Source of the DNA: Botryllus schlosseri
Taxonomy: Eukaryota
Reading direction: 5' to 3'
Assembly (NCBI GenBank): GCA_051294905.1
Contig: CM119371.1
Coordinates: 31,374,001-31,438,000 of the forward strand
DNA length: 64,000 bases
Shown: positions 14,201 through 26,200 of the stretch, piece by piece
How the letters are laid out: every line of letters begins with the position of its first letter
Position numbering within the stretch: the first letter of the stretch is position 1
The notes under the pieces: model-generated
The model's database searches: none
Seen by the model: the letters and a program-made list of their open reading frames with translations, nothing else
What the model was told of the DNA's origin: nothing
Made by a program: the position numbers and the translations under genes

Positions 14201-17200
14201 ATAACAAGGTGTCAAAACTCCCCTGGATTTGGCTTACTATACTGATGAATTACTGAGTTATCTGGTCAGTGGTGTACGAGTTTCGAGTAAACGTTAAAAG
14301 GGTGTACCAGGACGAAAAAGGTTGAAGAGCACTATAATCTATGCCATAGATTCTATGGCATGGTGCTTGAAGTGTTGTCGCAGTCATGTACGAGTTGCGA
14401 TTCGGTTATGCCATGACAAAACACAACGTTCAATGGCGGGAATAGTGTCCTTACCTTCGAAATATCTCTAAAGTTTGAAAATGAAATATATTATCATTGC
14501 TACTCGCGAATAAGAAGTCTTTGAATGAATCAAAAGCACACAAATACATATTTTAAAGCGATATAGTGACAGCATAGTAGGCTATACTCAATCAATATAT
14601 ATTAAGTCACAAATATCAGCAAGATCAATAGCATGAAAATCGTAGTATGCTTACGCCACGCTGCTCACAAAGTAATCTTCGATATGCGGAATGAGTGGGA
14701 TTGTGCCAAGCAATATCGATACAACCCATGAAATGGCAACTGCCATAGTTGCGGCAGCAATTCTCGGTCGAGATAACGGTCTGAAAATAACCGAAAATTA
14801 GCTCAATAATTAGGGGAAGGTATAATAAAAGACAATTGATCAGTCTATAAATTTGAACTATAGTTACGACGGCGATAGTCGATCACGTTCAATGTTTAGA
14901 ACATCATAATATTGTTGTTTCTTGCTGGCAACCAGGATGTAACAGAACGTTTCTAGTCTCGAATCCGAGTCCAGTATCTGTTGCGATGAATCGGGTTGAG
15001 TAATTTGGGACTAGGGGAGATGTGGGTCCGATGAAGCAGTGGGACCGAAAATTACAATTTTAAACGAACAATTTGTTGACTTTGATTTTGCAATTGATTT
15101 CGGCTAATTCTGGCGTGCTGATTCCAAAAATGCCGCTGGTTTTCTTCTATCACGTCAATTTTTTGCTCTGCGACATATGCCTAAAATATGCAAATTTTCA
15201 AGAATTTAGCCGTATTACTTCTCCATATCATATAAAAATCCACACTTTAACCATATAATAAGTTATAAAGTCAAGGACTCGATTGAATTATGTAGGAAAA
15301 AGGTACTCTTATCGATCTAGCTAGACCGATGTTTTCACCCATTTATGGTCAGAAGATGCAATCATCCGAGGATATTTCACACCCATATTTAATGCAAACT
15401 GCAGGATTTGGCAAGAAAAATAAACATGGCATTTACTATCAGCTATAGGTCCAATGCCCAATTCAGCTTCTCCAGTGTAACCTGAAACTCCTATACGCTC
15501 GATAATATTTGGATCAAGATGAAGATCTTAGGGATAGCAGGCCAAATGATAAAGATTTTGAGCTCGAAGTTGATTCAGAACGTAGAGTATTCCATCAAAA
15601 CGAGTTATTGGTCTGACATAAGCTTTGGGACTTGGAATAAAATTCTTCGGAACTTTTAAAATCCTTATGAAGTGAGAAAAGATTACTTGGCAAGGTAGAG
15701 AAGGTATCTCATCTTCGATCAGGAGAAACAGACTTTTCCTCGTAGGCCTACTTTCGCTAGCTTTGTGTATTGCCGTGATACCGGCATTGCCACGATACCG
15801 TTACCATGGATTACTGGAGGAGTTAGGAATTTCGATTTACAAGTCAAGTGAATGAAAAATGCCTATGGGTAGCTCAAAAAGGATTCTAAAGTGTGCCATT
15901 CTCCAAAGTGGCAAAGTCTTAGGTGCAGTAACAATTTCACACTCAGTTAGTTTTCGTGAATAATACAGAAACATTAGGAGTAATACAGAAACATTGAATT
16001 GTTGCAAGATCACGAGCACAAATGGATCAGATGTGTCAGCTTTGAAATATTGGGCAACTCTAAACGGCGAAACGAACGGACTGCGGAACTAGCGGAACTT
16101 GCAATACTAAACGACGGACGAAGCGGAACTGCGGACCGAGCGGACCGTAATAGAATAGCTCGAATCTAAACGGGGGACCGCGGAACAGCCGGACATGCAA
16201 CACTAAACGGCGGACCGAGCGGACCTGCGGACTATCACAAAATTCGCAATGTAAACCATGGATCGCGGATCAGGCGCATCTCGCAATTTTATCAAGTGTT
16301 GTTATTCCTGGAATTTGTTGAAGCTTATATTTTGTTAGAAAATTTGTCAAGTAATGTAATTCTCCAACGTCTAGTTACGAGTTACGACACAATTTTACTT
16401 TATTCCATGTCGCTTTGTACTATATGGTACTGTACTTAATGGTCTGTGGACATAATATGAGCATGATGCATTATAGCACACGACACTTGGTCATGCGACA
16501 CTGGGGCATGCAACACATAAGCATGTGGGTGAAATTACGGGTTAGGAGTGGGTTAGGGATGGACTTACGGTTGGGTTACGGCAGTGGTTCCCAACCTTTT
16601 TCGTCTCGTGCCCCCCTTGGCCGATATTTGAGCTAAAATCGCCCCCTATGAACCATTTGCCTGTGACTAAATAAATGAGCTTTTTAACGCGCAACCATGT
16701 GTTGACTGAGCAATTAATGGCCAAACATATTCAGATACGTCCGAACTAAGGCGAATCCGGACCGCACTAAACTTTGGTAAGGTACAGTCAAATTTGACCT
16801 GTTTTTGACCGATCGGGTAGCCGTTGATGAAAAATAAATAACCGAGTCCGCTTGCTTTGGACTTGAGTTGAATCGATGAATTTGGTATGGTAAGTTTTTC
16901 ACGTTAACTCATATGTTGGCTTAAAAAGTTAAACAAATGTCACTAGCGGCTTTGTGCTGAATTCGGCTTGATGGTTTCCTGCTTAGTAGCAATTTTGTCG
17001 AGAGGCTGTCGCAGACCCAATGAGATCGTCTCGTGAGCCTCACTTTACCATGGGTAATAATAGCTACAGAAGGCATTTAAACATATTCCTAGCTTGAAAT
17101 CCGCCAAAGAAACATACAATTGTAAAGAACTAATTTCTACTTAACAGTTCTATACCATAAAAATCTAAAAACCTTGTGAACCCAGTGTATCTTCCGATAC

Positions 17201-20200
17201 AATGTCAAAGCCAGATTCCCCCCTAAAAATGTCAAAATTTCCCCCAAAGGGGTAATCCCCCCCGGTTGGGAACCACTGGGTTAGGGTAAGGCTCGGGGTT
17301 GGGATTTATATAGCGGTTACTTCCAGGGTTATTTTTCGGGTTAGGGTTGATTTTTGGATTATAAAGTCACATGCTGAAGTGACGCATGCTAAAGTGTCAC
17401 ATGCTCAACTGTCGTTTTCCATTGTAATCTGTAATTGGTATGCTCTTTATTGCCAAAATGAATGGCACCCTTTGAGAAGATAGGAATATTGCGACATTTG
17501 CGAGTTGCGCCTGATCCGCGGTCCGCCGTTTATATTGTGGTCTTTGTAATAGTCCGCTCGGTCCGCAGTTCCGCTCGGTCCTCCGTTTAATAGTACATGT
17601 TCCGCTGTTCCGCGGTCCGCCGTTCAGAGTTGCCCGAAATATTGTGTTTTCTAGTGGTCAGACAATAAGGATGCACTCTGCACATGTAACCCTGATACAC
17701 ATTTGTTACTGCCATATCTTTATGTCGGATAGCAGACATTCAAAAAGGGTAAAATATCTAAATAATTTTCCTAAAAACATTGATATAGTCAGAGATGGAC
17801 AAAGAGAAAATGTCCCCCAACATCTGAAGATGATGGGGGTAAGATACCAGAGAAGATTGGAGCTTACATATGTTAGCTGACTATTGCTCGAGTATCAAAC
17901 TAGACAACCTACAGAATTATAGGTTATTAGCGTAAATTTAGACCCTAAAACTCGCAGTTTATTTGTCATGTCGAAACAATATCAGTTTAAATCAACCAAA
18001 TAAAGCAGTGCATATGTTTATTTGAAGACTATTGATCTACTTTCGAGTGCTTGTGGTTTTTGAAACGCTTTATACAATAAACACAAAATATTAAAAATAG
18101 TGCTATTATGTGGGTTATGAGACAATGTGGTGGGTGCCTAACCCCAAAAAATGACGTGATAGAGAAAAACGGAAGTCATTTTTGAATTCAGCGCCCAAAG
18201 TTAGTCAATATCAATTGTCCGATCAAAGGCAACTAAAATAGTGTTGAACAATGTTATCGATGATAATTCAATGACTTTACTCGGAGGATGTGTTTGTAAT
18301 TACATGCCGGAGGAATTTTCTTTAGATCTAATTAACTCCGAGTTGCGCGTTTTATGCGGTCTGTGACACATATTTTCTGTTTTATGGGGTTTAAAATAAA
18401 TTTCATTCGACGGATATAGTTCACGGTAAAACCTTCAACAAGAACAAACCAACAATCATTTTAATATGAAGTTTAGGGCTTGTATCATGCTATATGACGA
18501 CACATACTTTTTTATTCAATATCACCCTTGAGTGGACTTACATTCAATTCAATTAAAAAAATATAGAGTGGGCCCCGATGATAGACCATAGCCAAATCGA
18601 GCAAAATAACAGAAGTAGGCCTGCCTACGGAGAGGCTGTATGTCATAATTTCCTCTGGTATGATATCGTATTATAATTATTGTTTATTCTATTTTTTTAA
18701 GTTAGCGATCAAACATTCTTCTTAGGTTTGCTGTAGCTTGAATTATGGTGCGCAGCACAAAAAAAAGTTGAGACATTCTATTTTTTAGCGTATGTCCCAT
18801 CGGTCCCCAGGTCATGCTTTGGACCCAACGGGTGCGGACCTATGATACGTATGAGCAACAAATTTTTAAACTTTCCCGTATATTTTTTAAGACTGCTATT
18901 CATGTTTTTACCCGCGGTAGGCAGAATTTGGACAAGAGTGTTGAGCCAGCAGAAGATCAGCTGCTCCCGAGTAAAGGTTCGGGGGCTGGAGAGCATTTTG
19001 GAATTTTTAATCCCTCGATACCACATCTCTCGGAAATATCCAGTTCAATATTGCAGTTAGGTCTCCATATCAGGTTGTGCTCGAACAATCAATTCAACAC
19101 GGTACAGGTTCACACAAAGACCCACTTTAAACAGCCCGAGATACAACTCCCCGTAACACGTGCCCCCTTTTAATGGTTGTTTAAACATTTCCGTTTAAAA
19201 TATGCAAAACAAACCTCATAACAGAGTGTAGTCTGTGACTTGCAATGATTACCATTGTGAAGACGGATTGCTCGGACCCAATAAGCATGATCGCACCCAA
19301 AGCGGAACAAGTGCTACTACTTCTCCATTCACGATCGACTTGACAATAATCGGCATCGGTTTGCGAAGCCTTTATGGATATCGAAAATGCATAAATCTGA
19401 AAAGGGCAAAGCTCATTGTAGATTTCCGATAGTAAATGGCACCCAAATCATACTCACCCCAACCAGTAAATCAGAGAATGATAGGCTTAGTATCAATCTG
19501 CCAACGAGCCTGGTGCGTATCGAAGTGCTTGCAACATCACGTGAAAATATTGGTTTGATCGCCGCCCGTATAGTTATCACTATCACCCCTGTACACCCGA
19601 CTATCGCCCCTGAGCCTGAGAAAAAATAAACAGGACCCTCGCTATTCTACATCCGCAGAGCATCAACAAGAGATCTTAAGGTAGTTGTCGCTTGATTATA
19701 TAGCAATGCATTCTGAACTGGATAAACTAATAATGCAGAGGTGCATTTGATAGTTTGATAAGCTTACCATATTTTCAGCACCCGAAAAAAGATATTTTTC
19801 CAGCCAGTAAAACGAAAGTAAAATTGTTACATTTGAGTTTGATGATGGTTTACATTTCCTTAGTAGTCGCCGGAAAAGGTACAATAACAGACAACGAATC
19901 AATTTTCGTTTTCAGATTCAGTCCATGGCTAATTTGCGGATCCTGTAACTTTCGCCAATGAGGAATGATCATTTTCAGAAGTTCGTAAATTGTAAACACG
20001 AAATGTCATTGAAATTTTATACATCTGTCAAGATGCTGATGCTGATCCAACTATAGTAGGTATGTTCAGTTCGAACATTTGCCTGATAAATTGCAACATC
20101 TCACATGTTACAGATAACAACGAAAAATTTTCTGCAATAACAACGTAAAAGGGAGAGTGACATGCATCAAAACTCAAAACTCTTTTAAACCATCAATTCA

Positions 20201-23200
20201 GCATCTTTGGTGGCTAGAGTAATATCTTCGGAAATAAATACAGCGCCTCGTCTAAAGAACTTGTTGAGAGTATATTAAACTTACTCGAAATGCAATGCAT
20301 ACGACATATTTGGTAATTTTCCAACTTCCACGGAGGACTATTCACCTTTATTGAGAAAACAGGATATGTGGTAAGCAATGTTCCCTCTAAGCTGCGCACG
20401 TGCGCAAATGCACAGTGCTGAAACGGTATCTGCGCACAGAAAATCTACGCTGCGCACAAAAAATCAGAAGTGATGTGTTTTTTTAATAGTTGTTGCGCAC
20501 TGTTGTCCAATGGACCACGCATAGGCGCGCAGATTCGTGAAAATTAAGATGGAACATTGCCAGGGTCAAATAATGTTATCACTGAAGTCTGAGACCGAGG
20601 TACAAGTGCGCCCCGCAAAGGTAACTATTGCGCTCCGTGAAGAAATGAGAGTTCATAATCACCTGCGCCTCACGGAAGATATTTTTTTAGTATGGCCTCG
20701 TACACGTGAGCGATACTGATATCATTTCAATAGCGCATTATTTTCTGGGAATGGCGAAATAACATGGTTTAACAAAGTTATAAATAACAATAGGCTAGCT
20801 CGAAGTTAATCTGCGAGAAACTAACGAATAGTCTTCTCCGCGTGGCATGAACATTGCGTAAGATTTACTCAGGACCGTAACTTTCGCACCCTAAACCCCC
20901 CAATTGGAGGAGCCGAGCTCGAAGGGGGTCGTTACCACATCATGACGCGCCGAGACATATGAAGCTAAAGGCTATGTAACATGCGAATCCAAGAAGTGCG
21001 CCAGAACGATCAGCAGCGAGAAAACCTTGGGCGAAAAAGACTGCCCCGGTGCTGACCGAAAACTTCGATATATACAACTATATGTGTAATTGTTCATGTC
21101 CATGGGCACCTAAATGGCTGGCGCCGAATGTTCCTGTCCTGCGATCCGAGTCCCACAACAAGACAAATGCCATATCGAGGGAACATTATTTTCCAGTTAA
21201 GAAATACCAATTTGAAATCGTGTACGTCTTTTACTTTAGTACGTTTTGGCGATTTCAATATCTTTTGACATAGCAGATAGGGGGTCACGAAATAGCATCA
21301 TGTAACGAAGTCATTATATCAACGGGTACGCCCGAAGATGTTTTATTATTATTTAGAGGGCCTATCTATTCCAACACACCTCCCTGGATCAGCTCTACCG
21401 GTAAATCTGATTATGTGAGCAGGAAGAGGACAAAAATTGATAGCAATATATATGCAATTCCAGATCATATTGGCCGATGCAATCATGAATTATAGAAATT
21501 TTTTCGCGCTTCGCGCGTTTAGGGTCGCTACTACTAAATGGCCACCCAATGTACATGATAAGTACCGGAAGAAGCCTAGAGCCGTATAGGGGGGTCTGGG
21601 GGGCGCAGCCCCCCCAGTAGTTAGTTTTATCACCCTATTGGAGGGTGGTTGCGCACTGTTGTCCGAGGGCCTGCGCAGTGAGTTGGCGTGTTTGCGCAGA
21701 CTCTTGAAAAATTAGAGGGAACATTGGTGGTAAGCCTGTAGCTTGGACGTCAACAGAGGCCTTACTTGGTTGTGTAAATCCAACGATATTCTACTGAACT
21801 TTCAGAATGAAACAATAGAGTATGGTGTTATTTGCAATTTGCAACAGCTCCAGACGGCGTCGTTGATCATTAATATTATTGTATCAAGCAAAGCTACTAC
21901 ATTTGATGCCGTGACGATAACTGCAAATTTTCTACGGCAACATCAAACTAATCAGCTTACTTATTATCCAGCTTAGCGTGAGAATCGCTTCACTGGTTAT
22001 CATCGACTTTTCATTGGAAAAAGCACTGTCAACGCATCCCGGCTGACATTCATCGATTCCGGACTTGCAATCTTTAATTCCATCGCACACCTGCATTTGA
22101 TCGACAACATTTTATTAAGTAAAATTTAAATACATTTCATGGAAGCTGAATCAGATAGGCGTGGCGTGAATATCACGTTGAAATTGCGAGATTCCGAAAA
22201 CAAATTAATGCTCTAGACAAGGTAAGTAATAGAAATATCGACATCACAGATATATATTGGAAATAATATAATTAGTGGTGCTGACCGAGTCAAATTACTC
22301 AATTCTTTTTTTCGTTTGCAAATACACATTGCCATACGACAAGTGACAGTTGATTTTAATGTTTTTCTCAATATCATGAAGGCGCTCATCAACCAGCGTA
22401 GGAGCCGCACTAATTTTGATGCGAGTCGACAAGTATAATTACATAGCAGCGGATGTAAATCTGCGTAGTTGTGTAAAATCGAAGAAGACCTGTATCGGGA
22501 TAGCAACGACTATGCACAGAACAACTTTGCGTCATATTTTGATGGTGTGCATCAGCTGATTTGAATTCAGGCTAAAGGATGTGTTTAAATCAGCGGGCCT
22601 ACAAGTCTTACTGCATCTCGTGAAATATACTGCAATGCTCCTTCGTCCTTGCAGCTGAAATGGGAACACCCCTCCTCATCTGATCCATTGTCGCAATTCT
22701 GTTCGATAAATATATATAAGCAATTGAAGGCACATACTATATATTCGGGTTGTGTTTCAAACAAAAATCAATTTAAAACCAGCATGTTGAAAACAGGCCA
22801 TCGTTTAAAACATGTTTTTTTATTGTTTTCTTGTTTTTTCCAAGCCCTAAAGTCACGCATTTTCTGTTGTGACGTCACAGTGGATTGATATCCGCATTTG
22901 AAAATACAGGGTAAATATCGCTCCTTTGACGAAATAGACTTCCAACCCCTGTCATATAGGGGAGATGTGGTACCGATGGATCACTGGGACCGAAAATACT
23001 TGCAAAATTCTCCATGATAATTCCATGATTACACTCCGTGAATTTCTCTACAGATAAATGCTGGCAGAATCTTTCCCCACATGCAAAAAAATTCGACCGG
23101 CGTGAGTTATGGGGTCTGTGACGAATGATTTACGTTTTAGGGGGTGTAAAGTAAATTTGGATCGACATTTGCATTTTTCTATATCCCCTTTCAGACTAAC

Positions 23201-26200
23201 AAACCCGCCATAATTTTTGATGTGAAGTGTAGGGCTTATATCAGGGTATATAATGGCACATATTTTTTGAATCAATACCATCCTCGAGTGAACTATTTTC
23301 AATTTAATTACAATATTTATGGGGTGGGGGACCTATGGTACCTTAGCCAAATCAAGCAAAATAGGTGGACCAACTAATCACTTAAAAACAGAAACTCGCC
23401 TACATATATATAGGCTGTAAATCATAGTTACCTGTGGTGTTTTGTCGCTAATACGAGGTATTCGAAAGTCAAAATGTCGATTTGCGGGTAATATGTATGT
23501 GGCATTAATTTTGTAAGTTTGGGCTTAAATCAAAACATGATTTTATGCCAACGTTTGAGTTGATATAATCTATTTTATTCTTGAAGGTCGTGACGAAACA
23601 CTCTTCATTGGCTTGCTGTAGCTTAGCTTATAGTACACAACAAAACAAGTTAACAAATTTGAGTTTTTGAGCGTATGTCTCATAGGTCCCATGGTGGTGT
23701 GCCTTTGGACCCACCGGGTGGGGACCATGACACGTTAGAGCAACAAATTTTAAACGTTTATCAATATTTTTTGAAAAGGCGGATATCCATGTTAATGTCC
23801 GCGATAGGTAGATCTTGTATCGAAGTGTTGAGACAGCAAAAGATCTGCTATTCTCGGCTGAAGATTTGAGGGCCAGAGATCATTTTGCAATTTTTGATCC
23901 ATCGGTACCACATCTCCCCTACGGAGCAAAAATATCTTTAACAAAGACTACATCGTCATGCAGCAATATGACGGTGGGCTGTCATCATCATCAGAAAATT
24001 CATTCCGTAGCAATGGTCAATCTATATCAACATACTATAGCTGTTGAACCGACTATTTCGAGGGTTTCAACCATCCCATATCGTATACGTCGGCTATATC
24101 GGGTGGTAATGGGCATCCGTAGGCTCATACAATATGTTTTTGGAAAGTATTTACACACTTATGGCATAATTATACAACTTAAAAAATACAATAACGTTTT
24201 TTAAAAAGGCATTTGTTCAAAACACGGTTTAAAACATGTTTTAAACAAAGTGTTTTACACAACCATTTGTTTTAAATGTGATCTAACTGTATATGGAGTA
24301 TAGTAAAGGATTATCTTTATGTTCCACATCTACATCATAGCGTGACTGCGATGCTGTGTGAGAAGGTAGAGCAGTGGTAAATATATTGATCTTTCATGTG
24401 AACGATCAATGACAACAACCATAAATGAGAATAAAATTTTGAGATGAAAAAATATTCCTCCATATAGACTCAGTCAACATATTGTACACTGTGCAGGGAC
24501 CTGTGCTATAACCTCGACAGAGAATGTTTAAGAATCATGGCAAACTTAAGATACAAACATACAGCTTGCTTGTCGCACTTTTTCTCAATCGGAATATTTG
24601 GAGTAGGTTTGTCGGTGCAATAGAACCTGTAAATAGTATTAACAATGTAAGAGCAGTGCTTCCGAGCCGCTGTTTCGCTGGTTTCATGAGTTTCAGTTTT
24701 AGAGGCTCCGCGTAAGTCAAGAGACAGTCACTCAACTAACACATATGATTTTAGATGATAAGGGGGATTTCGTTTTAAATGACAGAATAACTCAGAATAA
24801 TTGTCTAAATTTTTTACGAAGTAAAGAAAATTGTAATAATTTTTTACGAAGTAAAAATATTTTTGCAGTCTACAATTCTTCTGTATCGTAGATGTTATTA
24901 CTGTCGGGTCGGTGAACATACCATTTGACATTTTACAGCTTGTAGCCTATACTTTATAGGCCTATTGTTGTAGAAGGCCATTGTCTGCTCATTATGAATC
25001 AGAAACGATCAAATGAAACAAATAGGTTCACATGGCGTTATGCTCAACGTACCGCAACATCCTAACTGAAGCAAGACTGCGTGAGCTTTTACTCATCTAT
25101 CAAGAAGCGCATGATGCAAGAGAACATTGTCAGAATGAAGCAACACGGAGTGTCGCCGGCGGTGTACGCACAACTTCAGGGTTGCCAGCCAACAACTGCT
25201 GCTGTTGAGCGTTCTTTGTCCTTCTTGGCAAGCTACTTAGTAAGGGTAGACACTTTCTACCCTATAATGTATGAAAGTATCTTTCGTTGTACTACAACAA
25301 ATTTTTATTATTTCTACCTTTATGCGTGATGTAACAGCAGGAGTTCTTCATAGTTCCAGATTTAAATTAAGTGAAAAAAGATTTTCAGACCAGAATACTT
25401 TGTAAGAACAAACAGTTCCAACTAGCACTGAAGATAAGTGGTACAGATCTGTCATTATGTGGGAAAACACATAATGTACGTAGATGAGGTACTAATTTGA
25501 TCAAAATTAGTTTTTTTCGGTCAAAATTTCCCGTTTTCAAGTAAATATAAATCGCCCGACTGATGACACGCCCGTCTTCGGTTGCAGGCAATCAGGCCCG
25601 ATAAGTAGTCGAATTGCGACTGGTGTGGTGGTTCGTCGTATGCAGTAGAGTACGAAGGAGAGGTTGGGGTTCGGAATCTAAACTACGACCTGAAAAGACT
25701 GGTCTATCGACGATATTTATTAGCTTATTTGTAATTAAGGAATTGGTATCACGCTGTTGCGTTTCGAAAGAACAATACGATGACACTGCAAAGGTGAAGC
25801 CTCGCGTTTCTGAACAGAAATCGGAATGGGAACAGCGTATGTGACACTGATTTATAATTAATATCCATCATAATGTTTTCGTTTGTGTCAAAATTACAGT
25901 GGTTTCATTTTTCAAACACTATCACGCAAAGCTGATTTTGTGCGCCAGCGTATTGTGGTAGATTTTGGCTTTATGACTTTATGACAACTTTGTTAGAGTC
26001 TAATAGAGTTTGCACATTCGATGTATCATAGAAATAGACGTATCTCATTCACTTCTAAATTTGGGCAGCCTGTAATAAAAGTCAATATGAAGACAGTGCG
26101 AATTCTTTCATAAGTTATTACGTTGAGTCATTACTTTATTATTCTATCTAATGCTACTGGCTCGACAAAACACACCCGTACATTGTGCAAATTAAAACCT

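Larger units (their letters stand above)
15065..18253 (+). mobile_element. Degenerate Chapaev3-type (CMC) DNA transposon with transposase remnants
   Basis: Remnant peptides GFGKKNKHGI, SSKRILKCAILQSG..GAVTISHSV, EHKWIRCV, FPKNIDIVRDGQRENVPQHLKMMGVRYQ and HMLADYC; right end tgttgaacaatg followed by tta. Left boundary is approximate. Confidence 0.75.
15014..19030. mobile_element. TA-flanked MITE (family of 22959-23919), split by nested insertions
   Basis: Left end ggggagatgtgg at 15014 and right end ccacatctct near 19030; 18255-19030 aligns by eye with 23010-23919. Confidence 0.7.

Noticed and set aside
14455..14520. Possible extra exon with a gtaagg donor
   Set aside because: In-frame stop in the required phase.
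16535..17350. GGGTTA-like runs as an interstitial telomere
   Set aside because: Few, degenerate units forming the core of a small inverted-repeat element.
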